From an uncultured Rhizobacter sp. (GTDB taxonomy: Bacteria; Pseudomonadota; Gammaproteobacteria; Burkholderiales; Burkholderiaceae_C): a DNA stretch of 64,000 nt. Positions within the stretch are counted from its first letter, which is position 1, and each line of letters opens with the position of its first letter. Below are positions 1-9,576 of this stretch, piece by piece. The stretch is from the NCBI GenBank assembly GCA_964242145.1, contig CAXTCD010000002.1, forward strand, positions 3,770 through 67,769, written 5' to 3'. The notes below the pieces were generated by a model. It worked only from the letters and a program-made list of their open reading frames with translations, had not been told where the DNA came from and made no database searches. The position numbers and the translations under genes are program-made.

Positions 1-185
1 TGCGTACCGCTCGGAACGAAAAGCGCCGACTCTTTGCCCAGCAGCGACGCGATGCGCTCTTGCAAGGCATTGACCGTTGGGTCGTCGCCAAAGACATCGT
101 CACCGACCTCCGCACGCACCATTGCGTCGCGCATCGCTGGCGTTGGCTGCGTGACTGTGTCACTGCGCAGATCGACAACTTTCAT
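1..185 (-). CDS. ltaE: Low-specificity L-threonine aldolase (5' part only; runs off window edge)
   Basis: Manual translation from ATG at 185: [61 protein letters not shown], the typical LtaE N-terminus (DLRSDT, GDDV..DPTV, PSGT). Not in the ORF track. Confidence 0.9.
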   Translation of the reverse strand, partial: MKVVDLRSDTVTQPTPAMRDAMVRAEVGDDVFGDDPTVNALQERIASLLGKESALFVPSGT

Positions 186-234
186 GCCGATCTTTCGACA
201 TAACGCCCGAAGCGGCGCGAACGCCGCTTCGCAC

Positions 235-819
235 TCACGCCCTCAGCTCCAGAAAGTTCTTCAGCATGGCGTGGCCGTGCTCGGTCAGGATCGATTCCGG
301 GTGGAACTGAACTCCTTCCAATGGCGTCTTCGTGCCAGCCAACGCGGTATGACGCACCCCCATGATCTCGTCGTCGAGCGAGGTCGAGGTAATTTCCAGT
401 TCGGCCGGTAACGATGCCCGTTCAATGACGAGAGAGTGATAACGGATCACGGTGAACCGATCGGGCAGATCGGTGTACACACCCTTTTGATCGGTGGTGA
501 TCACATCGGTCTTGCCATGCATCTGCATTTTCGCGCGGAGGATCTTGCCCCCCAGCGCCGCGCCAATCGCCTGATGTCCCAGGCACACACCCAGGATCGG
601 CAACTTGCCGGTGAAGTGCCGAATCGCATCGACACAAATCCCCGCCTCTGCCGGCGAACATGGGCCCGGTGACAACACCAGCTTATCGGGCCGCAGCTCA
701 GAGATCGCCGAGAGCGTGATCTCGTCGTTGCGGTGCACACGCACGTCCTCGCCCAGTTCGGCAAAGTACTGCACCAGGTTGAAGGTGAAGCTGTCGTAGT
801 TATCGATCATCAGCAGCAT
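235..819 (-). CDS. trpG: Anthranilate synthase component II (glutamine amidotransferase)
   Basis: [18 protein letters not shown] start, SPGP, GVCLGHQ (catalytic Cys) and QFHPES motifs. Start re-assigned to ATG at 819, adjacent to the trpE stop. Confidence 0.95.
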   Translation of the reverse strand: MLLMIDNYDSFTFNLVQYFAELGEDVRVHRNDEITLSAISELRPDKLVLSPGPCSPAEAGICVDAIRHFTGKLPILGVCLGHQAIGAALGGKILRAKMQMHGKTDVITTDQKGVYTDLPDRFTVIRYHSLVIERASLPAELEITSTSLDDEIMGVRHTALAGTKTPLEGVQFHPESILTEHGHAMLKNFLELRA

Positions 820-820
820 G

Positions 821-2305
821 TCAGAACCCCTCTTCGACGAGTTCAGCTGCACGAAGCAACGCACGCGCCTTCGCTTCGGTCTCCTTCCATTCCAGCTCAG
901 GCACCGAATCGGCGACGACACCCGCCGCCGCCTGCACATACAACATGCCGTCCTTGACGATGCCCGTCCGGATGGCAATCGCAACGTCCATGTCGCCAGC
1001 GAAGCTGAGATAACCGCAAGCACCGCCATAGATGCCGCGCTTGACCGGCTCCAGCTCGTCGATGATCTCCATTGCGCGCACCTTCGGCGCGCCGGTCAAC
1101 GTGCCCGCCGGGAAGGTGGCCCGCAACACATCAAGGTTGGTGATGCCATCTTTCAGCAAACCTTCGACGTTGCTGACAATGTGCATCACATGCGAATAGC
1201 GTTCGACGGTGAACGCCTCGGTGACCTTCACGCTGCCGGTCTTGGCGATGCGGCCGATGTCGTTGCGCGCTAAGTCGATCAGCATCACATGCTCGGCGCG
1301 CTCTTTCGGATCGGCACTGAGTTCGGCTTCGAGCGCCTGGTCTTGTTCAGGCGTCGCACCGCGAGGCCGCGTGCCGGCCAGCGGGCGGATCGTGATCTTG
1401 TCGCCCTCGGCAGTGTGCTCCTGGCGCACCAGAATTTCCGGTGATGCCCCAACAATCTGGAAGTCACCCATGTCATAAAAATACATGTAAGGCGACGGAT
1501 TCAGCGAACGCAATGCGCGGTACAGGCTGAGCGGCGATTCGGTGTAGCGCTTCTTCAAACGCTGCCCGACCTGCACCTGCATCATGTCGCCGGCCGCGAT
1601 GTACTCCTTAGCGCGAAGTACCGCCGCGAGGTAATCCTCTTTGGCGAAATCACGCTCCACCGCATGCGCGCTGCCCCGGCGCACCGGCGGTGCCGTCACG
1701 CTGTATTTCAACTTGTCGTTGAGTTCAGCAAGGCGCCGCTTGGCGATGAAATAGGCTTCGCTCTGACTAGGGTCGGCATAGACGATCAAATAAAGCCGGC
1801 CCGACAGGTTGTCGATCACCGCCAGCTCTTCACACTGCAACAGCAGGATGTCCGGCGTGTCCAGGCCGCCGTCAGGCACAGAATTCACCAGCTTCGGTTC
1901 GATGTAGCGAACGGCGTCGTAACCGAAGTAACCAGCAAGCCCACCACAGAAGCGAGGCAAGCCCGGGCTCAACGCCACCTTGAATCGCTGCTGATAACTC
2001 GCAATGAAATCGAGCGGGTTGCAATCCACGGCCTCCACAACCTGATCATCAGTAACCACTTCGGTACGAAAGCCGGTCGCTCGCAGAAGCGTCTTGGCCG
2101 GTAACCCGATAAAGGAATAGCGGCCGAAGCGTTCGCCACCCACCACCGATTCGAGCAAAAAACTGTGCTTGCCCTTACCCGAGCCATAAGCCAGCTTGAG
2201 ATAGAGCGACAACGGCGTTTCGAGGTCGGCAAACGCCTCAGCCATCAACGGAATGCGGTTATAGCCTTGAGCGGCGAGGCTCTTGAATTCGAGTTCGGTG
2301 ATCAC
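821..2305 (-). CDS. trpE: Anthranilate synthase component I
   Basis: [57 protein letters not shown] and [10 protein letters not shown] motifs. Confidence 0.97.
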   Translation of the reverse strand: MITELEFKSLAAQGYNRIPLMAEAFADLETPLSLYLKLAYGSGKGKHSFLLESVVGGERFGRYSFIGLPAKTLLRATGFRTEVVTDDQVVEAVDCNPLDFIASYQQRFKVALSPGLPRFCGGLAGYFGYDAVRYIEPKLVNSVPDGGLDTPDILLLQCEELAVIDNLSGRLYLIVYADPSQSEAYFIAKRRLAELNDKLKYSVTAPPVRRGSAHAVERDFAKEDYLAAVLRAKEYIAAGDMMQVQVGQRLKKRYTESPLSLYRALRSLNPSPYMYFYDMGDFQIVGASPEILVRQEHTAEGDKITIRPLAGTRPRGATPEQDQALEAELSADPKERAEHVMLIDLARNDIGRIAKTGSVKVTEAFTVERYSHVMHIVSNVEGLLKDGITNLDVLRATFPAGTLTGAPKVRAMEIIDELEPVKRGIYGGACGYLSFAGDMDVAIAIRTGIVKDGMLYVQAAAGVVADSVPELEWKETEAKARALLRAAELVEEGF

Positions 2306-2447
2306 GGTCTGGACCCTCCGCGGCCCGGCAAGCGGCGCTTTAGCGGCTCGCGTGGTGATTGATTCGGTGCGGTCGGTACCCGAAAGGGTTACCGGTGGAG
2401 CCGAGGCGCGCGATCGTTCAGGATGAACTCACGCAACCTGCAGCAAA

Positions 2448-2528
2448 CTAACCCTGAGTAGGCTGGCGACGCCAGGGCCATGCTCCCCGGTCGTGAGACC
2501 CTTTGGTTTGTTTGCGCGCAATGAACAT
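2448..2528 (-). CDS. Candidate trpE leader peptide (26 aa, MFIARKQTKGSHDRGAWPWRRQPTQG)
   Basis: Short ORF ending 142 nt upstream of trpE on the same strand, with two Trp codons (W-P-W) near its C-terminus. Confidence 0.55.
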   Translation of the reverse strand: MFIARKQTKGSHDRGAWPWRRQPTQG

Positions 2529-2717
2529 CGAAAAAGTGTAGCAGGCCCACGAATGAGGGACCCTGAAAGCGAGCACACCCATGCAATATTGCCGGACTTC
2601 TTTCACAACAAATGCCTGTCTTGGGCAAAGCATCACGGACAGCGCGGGATCGCTTGCGGACAATTGCGATGACGCCTTGCTAACCCCCGCCATCCCATTG
2701 GTCCTGGAGAGATCGCC

Positions 2718-3338
2718 GTGATACCTCGCTTCATTTCCCAAGCTCTTCTCGCTGTATTGCTGTTCGTGCCGTTGGGCGCTTTGCACGCACAAACCACCGA
2801 AGTCGGTGGCGTGAAATTTGACAACACCGCCACGATTGCCAACACCAAAGTCGTTTTAAACGGGGCCGGCGTTCGCTACAAGGCGATCTTCAAGGTCTAT
2901 GCCGCGGGCCTGTATACGACCGCCAAGAGCGGCACACCGGAAGCGGTTTTAGCCACGCCCGGCCCGAAACGCATGCACATCGTGATGCTTCGCGACATCA
3001 ACGCCAGCGAATTGGGCAAGCTGTTCACGCGCGGCATGGAAGACAACGCGCCCCGCGAAGAATTCTCCAAATCGATTCCGGGTACCTTGACGATGAGCGA
3101 CTTGTTCTTCGCTAAAAAGAAGCTCAATGCTGGCGATTCGTTTTACCTCGACTGGATTCCTGGCGTTGGTACCAACATCGTGATCAATGGCAAAGCATCT
3201 GCCGAACCGATCAAGGAACCGGAGTTCTACTCGGCGTTGCTGAAGCTTTGGTTGGGCAAGAACCCCGCCGACACGTCACTCAAGGAGTCCCTGCTCGGCA
3301 GGCCGCCAGTGACCAATGCAAATGCCAACACCAACTGA
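2718..3338 (+). CDS. Exported chalcone-isomerase-fold protein
   Basis: Signal peptide (ALLAVLLFVPLGALHA), then LNGAGVRYKAIFKVYAAGLY and LWLGKNPAD, typical of bacterial chalcone isomerase-like proteins. Confidence 0.8.
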   Translation: MIPRFISQALLAVLLFVPLGALHAQTTEVGGVKFDNTATIANTKVVLNGAGVRYKAIFKVYAAGLYTTAKSGTPEAVLATPGPKRMHIVMLRDINASELGKLFTRGMEDNAPREEFSKSIPGTLTMSDLFFAKKKLNAGDSFYLDWIPGVGTNIVINGKASAEPIKEPEFYSALLKLWLGKNPADTSLKESLLGRPPVTNANANTN

Positions 3339-3350
3339 GCCCCTCTTTCC

Positions 3351-3393
3351 CCCCCAAGAAAAAAGCGCCTTGCAGGCGCTTTTTTCTTGGGGG
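3351..3393. terminator. Bidirectional intrinsic terminator
   Basis: CCCCCAAGAAAAAAGCGCCT-TGC-AGGCGCTTTTTTCTTGGGGG: perfect inverted repeat with A/T tracts on both sides, between convergent genes. Confidence 0.9.
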
Positions 3394-4044
3394 TCAGCCC
3401 CATCGATCGAGCCGGTCGATGAGGCCATCGGCATCGACCACATCGATGGGCTCACCATGGTTGTAGCCATAACTGACCAACACGACAGGGCAGCCCGCTG
3501 CACGCGCGGCTTGTGCGTCGTTGCTGGAGTCGCCCACCATCAAGGTGCGAGCCGCCTCGGTGCCCATGGCTTCGCAAGTTTTTCGCAGCGGCAACGGGTC
3601 GGGCTTTTTTCGTTCGAAGGCATCTCCGCCAAAGACCACATTGAAAAACCCGCTCAGACCTTTCTTCTGTAGCAACGCCGTCGCAAATGCGGAAGGCTTA
3701 TTGGTCAGGCAGGCGAGCTTCAGCCCATGGCGTTGAAGTGTCACCAGCCCTTCGATCACGCCGGGATACACCACAGAATGATCACCATTGATCTGAAGAT
3801 AGTGATGCTGATAACGGGCCCAGGCCTCGTCGAAACGGCCGCTCGGTCCGCCAACATGCGCGAGCGTGCTTCGAATCAGATGCTCTGATCCTTTGCCAAT
3901 GGTGCGTTCGATGAAGCTGCGCGCGACATGTGGCAGCTTCAGGTCGGCCAACATGGCATTCAAGGCGAAGTCGAAATCACCCAAGGTGTCGACCATCGTG
4001 CCGTCCAGATCAATGATTGCGGCATCGATGTGTTCACGTTTCAA
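3394..4044 (-). CDS. gph: Phosphoglycolate phosphatase (HAD)
   Basis: DLDGTMVD motif I, LTNKP, KKPDP, MVGDSSND and YGYNHG motifs. Start uncertain (TTG 4044 or GTG about 4065). Confidence 0.9.
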   Translation of the reverse strand: MKREHIDAAIIDLDGTMVDTLGDFDFALNAMLADLKLPHVARSFIERTIGKGSEHLIRSTLAHVGGPSGRFDEAWARYQHHYLQINGDHSVVYPGVIEGLVTLQRHGLKLACLTNKPSAFATALLQKKGLSGFFNVVFGGDAFERKKPDPLPLRKTCEAMGTEAARTLMVGDSSNDAQAARAAGCPVVLVSYGYNHGEPIDVVDADGLIDRLDRWG

Positions 4045-4278
4045 AGTAAAAGAGTTCTTAACCACAGATTGGATTTCTAAAAAGGACGAGGGGGTGAGCC
4101 GACTCCGGCCGGCATAGAGTTGAGAACGCAGGCCGCTTGCTTGTTCGTGCGAGCAGGCGCGGGCCGATATAGATCCTGAAGCGAACTTGCAAACGCAAGT
4201 TCTGAAAGAGATGAATCGAGTGAGCTTACCTTTTCGACGTAAGGCCCCAGGCATGGCGCCCACCATGAGTGCCTGCCA

Positions 4279-6132
4279 ATGAAGCCAGGCAACCTGCGGC
4301 CATTTCGCCGCCCTTCGGTGCGACAACTGATATGGGCATGCATGGCCCTGGCTGGTGGAGCTTTGCTGCTCGCGGCAGATTTCTGGTCTCTCCCGAAAAC
4401 CACGACTGTCGGACTTTCAGCGGCTGCGGCATGCGTGGGATTTATCGGCCGCAGACGGCTCTCCGATGCCATCACCCTCGCAATCCCAGCGCTCGCCGGC
4501 CCTTGGGTGGACGCGGACCTCGGCTCGCACGCCTTGTTCGTGGCGTGTTTGGTGCCTTACGTGCTTACGTGGCGGCCGCAGTTTGCCGCCGTGGCGGGAA
4601 GCAGCTCGGTCGCGCTGCTGCTGACAGGCATCGGCCTCAAAGAGCGATTTGCCGGCACCACGCTCACTTGGCAGGATTTGCGGTTCTTCTTCCTGCAGTT
4701 CACCGACAACGTTGGCGTGATGGCAAGCCAGCCAACGCTTCTTTTATACGCAGGCATTGCCTTGTGCCTTGCCGCACTGGTTTGCATCCTGGCCTGGCGC
4801 GGAGCGCCTGCCGGCCGCCCGTCGGGCTGGTGGACCACTGCTTCAACCGCCATTCTGGCCGCCCTCCTCATCGCACACAGCGGTGGCATCGTTGCGCGGA
4901 CGGCGTCGCAGTTGAGTGCGGCAGGTGATGCCTGGATCATCGGTGAAGGCCAGCTTGAGCACCGCCCGATCCTCACCTTCTTCGCCACGGCATTCCTGTC
5001 ACCTCGATGGGGCGTGAACTCCGCAGACACCGATGTGCTCCAGCACGAAAGTCGGAAGTTGATTTCTGACGGCGCGGTGGCGCGCCCGGCCGACATCGTC
5101 GTCTTCCTTCAAGAGAGCCAGTTCAACCCAGAAGCCATCTCCGGTTGCCCGGCAGCACTGTGCGCACTCGATGCGTTCCGCGGCCGGGACGAAACCGTGG
5201 CACACGGGCCGCTGCAGGTGCATACCTTCGGCGGTGGAACCTGGAAGTCGGAATTCGCTTTCCAGACGGGCGTTCCACACGCCGCGTTCGGGCCGGCGGG
5301 CGAGTTCGTGACGTTCAACGTCGCGCCGGGCACGCACCGCTCCTTCGTGCGATCGTTGAAGGCCGCGGGCTACCGCACAGTCGCCTTGTATCCAACCCGC
5401 GGCGGAATGATGAATGGCCGCGCCGCCTATGCTGCCTACGGCTTCGACGCGTTCTACGACGCTTCGGAGCAGGGTCTTTCCGGCGACTACGACACGCCGG
5501 ATGCGTTGGTGCATGCCGCTGCCCGCAAGGTGCTTGCGGGTGAGCGGCATCGCGATCAACCGGTGTTCCTGTTCGTGCTGACGATCTTCAACCACGCTGA
5601 GCATGGCGTGCGCATGGAACGGGTGCCGGCCAGACTCATCTCTGAAGCTTCCAAGGCTTTCGGCTCAACAGCGGAAGCGCAAAGCGTCGCCGATTACCTT
5701 TGGCGCACGAAAGAGTTCGAACGCGAACTGAATCTCACCCGCGAGGCCGTGCTCAACGCGCACAGGCCGGCAGTGCTCGCTTGGTTCGGAGACCATCAAC
5801 CGCCTTTTGCCAACGCGGTCACGTTGCGGCAGCGCATGCAGTCGCTGCCGACCGCAGCCGGGCGCGTGCCGACCCGGTATCAGACTTGGTACGAGGTAAC
5901 GAGCAACCGCCGTCGCCCCAACGAGGAACGGGCGGCGCGCGCCGTGGACATCGTCTTCCTGCCGGGGCTGCTTGCGCAGGCCGCAGGCGCGCCGCTCGAC
6001 GATTGGTTGGCGGCCAACGTCTGGGCACGAGGGCAGTGCGGCGGATTGCTGGAGGCATGCCAGGCACCCGCGGTGCGCGAGGCCTATCTCTCCTACCTCT
6101 GGCGAGACCTCCATGAGTTCGAACTGCCCTGA
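4279..6132 (+). CDS. LTA-synthase/sulfatase-fold membrane transferase (LtaS/WcbQ-like)
   Basis: N-terminal multi-TM region, then QES (metal site), GGTWKSEF (Thr nucleophile region), NH and FGDHQP motifs of the alkaline phosphatase/LtaS superfamily. Confidence 0.75.
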   Translation: MKPGNLRPFRRPSVRQLIWACMALAGGALLLAADFWSLPKTTTVGLSAAAACVGFIGRRRLSDAITLAIPALAGPWVDADLGSHALFVACLVPYVLTWRPQFAAVAGSSSVALLLTGIGLKERFAGTTLTWQDLRFFFLQFTDNVGVMASQPTLLLYAGIALCLAALVCILAWRGAPAGRPSGWWTTASTAILAALLIAHSGGIVARTASQLSAAGDAWIIGEGQLEHRPILTFFATAFLSPRWGVNSADTDVLQHESRKLISDGAVARPADIVVFLQESQFNPEAISGCPAALCALDAFRGRDETVAHGPLQVHTFGGGTWKSEFAFQTGVPHAAFGPAGEFVTFNVAPGTHRSFVRSLKAAGYRTVALYPTRGGMMNGRAAYAAYGFDAFYDASEQGLSGDYDTPDALVHAAARKVLAGERHRDQPVFLFVLTIFNHAEHGVRMERVPARLISEASKAFGSTAEAQSVADYLWRTKEFERELNLTREAVLNAHRPAVLAWFGDHQPPFANAVTLRQRMQSLPTAAGRVPTRYQTWYEVTSNRRRPNEERAARAVDIVFLPGLLAQAAGAPLDDWLAANVWARGQCGGLLEACQAPAVREAYLSYLWRDLHEFELP

Positions 6133-6254
6133 GCGCGTTGCCTCAGGCGGCAAATGTCAGTTCGACCCATCGGCCCTCAAGGTCGACCATCCAGCGTCAT
6201 TGGCGAGCCTACAAGCCGCGCTCTGAAGCAATCACAAGATGCAGCTCGAACGGA

Positions 6255-7151
6255 TCAGACGACCTGTGTGCCAGCGCGCAATTCCTCGATCAGCTGCAGC
6301 ACGAAGTTGTCGTTCTCATCGATGCGGCGTGCGATGTGAAGGGCCGAGAAGCCTTCATTGCCGAGCAAAGGCCGGTAGACCACGCCGGTGAGCTTGATGC
6401 ACTGGGCATCGGCCGGCACCACCGCCACTCCCACACCGGCAGCCACCAAGCCGACCATGATGGCGTAGTCACGCGCTTCTTTGGCAATGCGTGGATGGAA
6501 GCCGGCCTTCATGCACAGCTCATACAGTCGCCAGTACAAGCCGATCCCGGAGTTGCGCGGGAAGGTGATCAGTGGATGGTCTTTCAGATCAGAAATGCGG
6601 ATCGACGCAGATTCCGCCAGCACATGGTCGGACGGAATCGCTGCGACCAGCGGCGCGCGGTACCACTCCTCGATGACCACGCCCGCGGGCGACGAGATCT
6701 CGGGGCGGCGAACCACCCCCGCGTTGAGTTCACGGTTATGAATCGCCACCAGTTGATCGATCGAAGGCATCTCATGCACCGTCAGCCGAACCTGGGGCAG
6801 CCGCGCCCTGAAGCGGCGAATGGCTTGCGGCAACACGTCGCTGAACATCGCCGAGGCCGCATAGCCGAGGTGAACTTCGCCGATCTCGCCGTCGGCCGCG
6901 CGGCGCGTCATCTTCTGCGCTTCGTCGGCTGCGGCGAGGATGTCGCGCGCGCGTTCGAGCATCTGCTTGCCCGCCTGAGTCAGGAAGACTTTGCGTTTGT
7001 CGCGCTCGAAAAGCTGTGCGCCCAACTCCTCTTCCAACAGGCGGATCTGCGTGCTGAGCGGCGGCTGGGCGATATACAAACGTTTGGCAGCACGCGTGAA
7101 GTTCAGTTCTTCAGCGACGGCCACGAAGTAACGCAAATGACGAAGTTCCAA
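6255..7151 (-). CDS. LysR-family regulator (BenM/CatR/AlsR-like)
   Basis: ELRHLRYFVAVAEELNFTRAAKRLYIAQPPLSTQIRLLEEELG HTH; likely TTG start at 7151. Confidence 0.92.
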   Translation of the reverse strand: MELRHLRYFVAVAEELNFTRAAKRLYIAQPPLSTQIRLLEEELGAQLFERDKRKVFLTQAGKQMLERARDILAAADEAQKMTRRAADGEIGEVHLGYAASAMFSDVLPQAIRRFRARLPQVRLTVHEMPSIDQLVAIHNRELNAGVVRRPEISSPAGVVIEEWYRAPLVAAIPSDHVLAESASIRISDLKDHPLITFPRNSGIGLYWRLYELCMKAGFHPRIAKEARDYAIMVGLVAAGVGVAVVPADAQCIKLTGVVYRPLLGNEGFSALHIARRIDENDNFVLQLIEELRAGTQVV

Positions 7152-7309
7152 TGGGCTGATCTCGTTAAGTTCTGCTGAAGATCCTAGCGGCACATCCACT
7201 TCAGCACGGCCAGAAAAGCCCTTACCGTGGTCGGCATTGACACAGTGAGCGCGACAGGCCGCCATGCGGCGTTTGTCCATCACCGCTCAAACGGCCAGCC
7301 CGCTCACAC

Positions 7310-8449
7310 TCAGCTCGGAAAGGTGACGTTCGTGAACCCTGGAATTTCCACCTGCTCAGGGCGATTGCCATTGCGGCTCAGCGCGTCCACCACATAGTCG
7401 GCCACGCAGTTGGAAAGCAACTGCTGTGGGTCTTCCATGATGCGGCGCAGGCGTGCAACGCAAGCTTCCCGGTCGTCCAGCGACCGGATCACCGGCATGC
7501 CTTCGGATGGGCTGGGCGTGAATACATAAGCCTCATAGCCATCGAACATGCGACGCGACGCTTCCACCGAAGCCCGCGTATGGCACCAGATGCGGCGAAA
7601 GCTGGCCTCCAGCTCGACCATGCCCTGCTCGTCAGGCAGGTTTTGCACTGAAAAGCCCGGCGCATGCGGCGCCACATAAACCCGCTCATGTGTGATGTTA
7701 GTCGCGCGCCAGATCAGGTTGCACATGTTGTTGGACGACCAGGTTGCGCCAGCAGTCGGGCGGCCCGATCGCCCGCTGACAAGCACCATCGCGCGTTGCC
7801 AATCGACATCATGCTGCGTCAGCCATTTCTGGATGCGATATGCAATATCGACATAAGCCAGCCCGAAAGTCGAGAACATGATGTCGTTCATCGACACCGG
7901 CAACACGCTCGTGGGCGGGGCGAAGTACTGATCACGCAGCACGCTGAACTCAAGCAGCGTCGGATCTTTCAATGCGCGATCGACGTAGTCGGTCGTGCGG
8001 CTCAAGGTGTACTCGACCATCGCCGTGATCTTCGGCTCCAGGCCGGCGAAGGCCGAGAGCGATACCTGATCGCGCCACAGGCTCACGGTATTGGCGGCGC
8101 GCGTGCGCTCCATGTGATGGCGCAGCTTCAGCAGGCGCTCGCGCCAAGCCTCGCTCTCAGGTGCCATTTCACGCATGCGCGCGACGTAGCCGATGGCCAG
8201 CGGCACATGCGAGACCGCGGTCATTTCGATGAAGCCACGCGTCGATCGCCGAAAGCTTTCGATCTGCGCCGGCCGGCCCTGGCCCGGGAACAACACGATG
8301 TCGGATGCGGTCGAGACCAGCAAGGCGGCGTCGCGGCTGGCCTCATGCATGGCATTCGTCAGTTGCGAGCCGATGCTGTCGGCCTCATTGGTGAACGCCT
8401 TGAACAGCCCTTGAAAAGCCTCATTCACTTCATACACGGGTGTCGTCAT
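7310..8449 (-). CDS. Uncharacterised 379-aa cytoplasmic protein (resembles DUF5624-type proteins from memory; unverified)
   Basis: Long clean ORF whose start overlaps the upstream stop by 4 bp; no signal peptide and no catalytic motif I recognise. Confidence 0.7.
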   Translation of the reverse strand: MTTPVYEVNEAFQGLFKAFTNEADSIGSQLTNAMHEASRDAALLVSTASDIVLFPGQGRPAQIESFRRSTRGFIEMTAVSHVPLAIGYVARMREMAPESEAWRERLLKLRHHMERTRAANTVSLWRDQVSLSAFAGLEPKITAMVEYTLSRTTDYVDRALKDPTLLEFSVLRDQYFAPPTSVLPVSMNDIMFSTFGLAYVDIAYRIQKWLTQHDVDWQRAMVLVSGRSGRPTAGATWSSNNMCNLIWRATNITHERVYVAPHAPGFSVQNLPDEQGMVELEASFRRIWCHTRASVEASRRMFDGYEAYVFTPSPSEGMPVIRSLDDREACVARLRRIMEDPQQLLSNCVADYVVDALSRNGNRPEQVEIPGFTNVTFPS

Positions 8450-9576
8450 GTCGCATCGGTCTCAAGTATTTGATAGATGACACAGTCAGCCCGAAAACGC
8501 ACATCCGCTCCCAGGCTGTTGGAAATCGCAAGACATGGCTTGCCATCAAGCGTCAGCAATGCGGCATCGGTGCCGCCGGTGGTCGGAAACGCATCATCCA
8601 CCATCAAGCGATCGCCTTGCCAGCCATAGACGAACGCACTCAGTTTCGGCAACGGCGCCTCGCGCGTGCCGTGGATGAAGTTGACCTGCACCAGCCGGCC
8701 GGGGGTTCCTTCAATCCACTGAAACTCGCGCCCGCCGTGGCCGCTCAGCACTTGATGCTCGACAAACGCCGAGCCATCCCAGCGATACAGCAGCGAGTCG
8801 TCATGCAGATTGGCGAACGCCAGCCACAACGCGCCTTGCGCGCGGAAACTCGAAAAGGCCCGGCCACTTCCGCCACGCAATTCCTGATGCACAACGAATT
8901 CGCTGCCGCTCCAGCGCAACACACGCGAGCCTGCCGCATGGTCGGCGTAGAGCAGCAAGAAGCCAGCTTCGGTTTGCAGCGGCAGCCAGTTGTAGCCCCA
9001 GGCCGAAGGAATGCGCTGGAACTCAACGAAGCGCGCGCCATCCCATTTGAAGATGCACGACTCCCGGTTCTGATGGCCCGGCAGCAGCGCACCTTGCGCG
9101 AGCGCGAGGTAGTGCGAGTCTTCGAGTTCGAAGTGGCACCATTGTTTCGCCGCGAAGGTCGAGATAGCCTGGAACGGCACGAACTGCTGCCCGTTCCATT
9201 CGTAGATCGTCGATGCCACGTCCATCTGATACGGGCCGGCGCCTGCACGCAGGCTGGCCGTCGCAAGGAACTTGCGCACCCCGATCTCGAAGAATTCGGC
9301 GTCTTCACCGCCCGGCACCGGCAGGCGCTGCCCCTCCACGAAGCGGCCTTGGTCCCAGCGATAGATGATCAGGTCGACATCGCTGTTACCGCCAGTCATC
9401 GCTGCGGGCTTGTCCGGCACATCGGCTGCCAGTTGCGGCACGGCCAGGTATTGCACGCCATCGATCTGAAACGGCTCAACCGCGCGCGCGCCGCTGGTGG
9501 GCAGACGCTGCAGTTCTTTCAAACCCTGGGTTGGGCCGTAGGCCGCTGCGGCATCGGCGTGGATCGGTGTGTTCAT
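8446..9576 (-). CDS. EAR/EPTP-repeat 7-bladed beta-propeller protein
   Basis: Seven ~45-50-aa repeats of the form F-x-x-x-Q-x-[LI]...[FYW]LA...S-x-[IL]-[YF]-x-W-[DNS]-G-x-x-F; no signal peptide. Confidence 0.75.
   Translation of the reverse strand: MNTPIHADAAAAYGPTQGLKELQRLPTSGARAVEPFQIDGVQYLAVPQLAADVPDKPAAMTGGNSDVDLIIYRWDQGRFVEGQRLPVPGGEDAEFFEIGVRKFLATASLRAGAGPYQMDVASTIYEWNGQQFVPFQAISTFAAKQWCHFELEDSHYLALAQGALLPGHQNRESCIFKWDGARFVEFQRIPSAWGYNWLPLQTEAGFLLLYADHAAGSRVLRWSGSEFVVHQELRGGSGRAFSSFRAQGALWLAFANLHDDSLLYRWDGSAFVEHQVLSGHGGREFQWIEGTPGRLVQVNFIHGTREAPLPKLSAFVYGWQGDRLMVDDAFPTTGGTDAALLTLDGKPCLAISNSLGADVRFRADCVIYQILETDAT

Noticed and set aside
4183-4205. Sigma-E promoter (GAACTT...TCTGA)
   Set aside because: The spacer is 12 nt, not 16; kept only as a palindrome.
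6138-7178. Long antisense and alternative-frame ORFs in the track (for example 6138-7178, 21332-22672, 36757-38268, 41885-43654, 50584-51846)
   Set aside because: Shadow ORFs expected in high-GC DNA; each overlaps a well-supported gene and lacks motifs.
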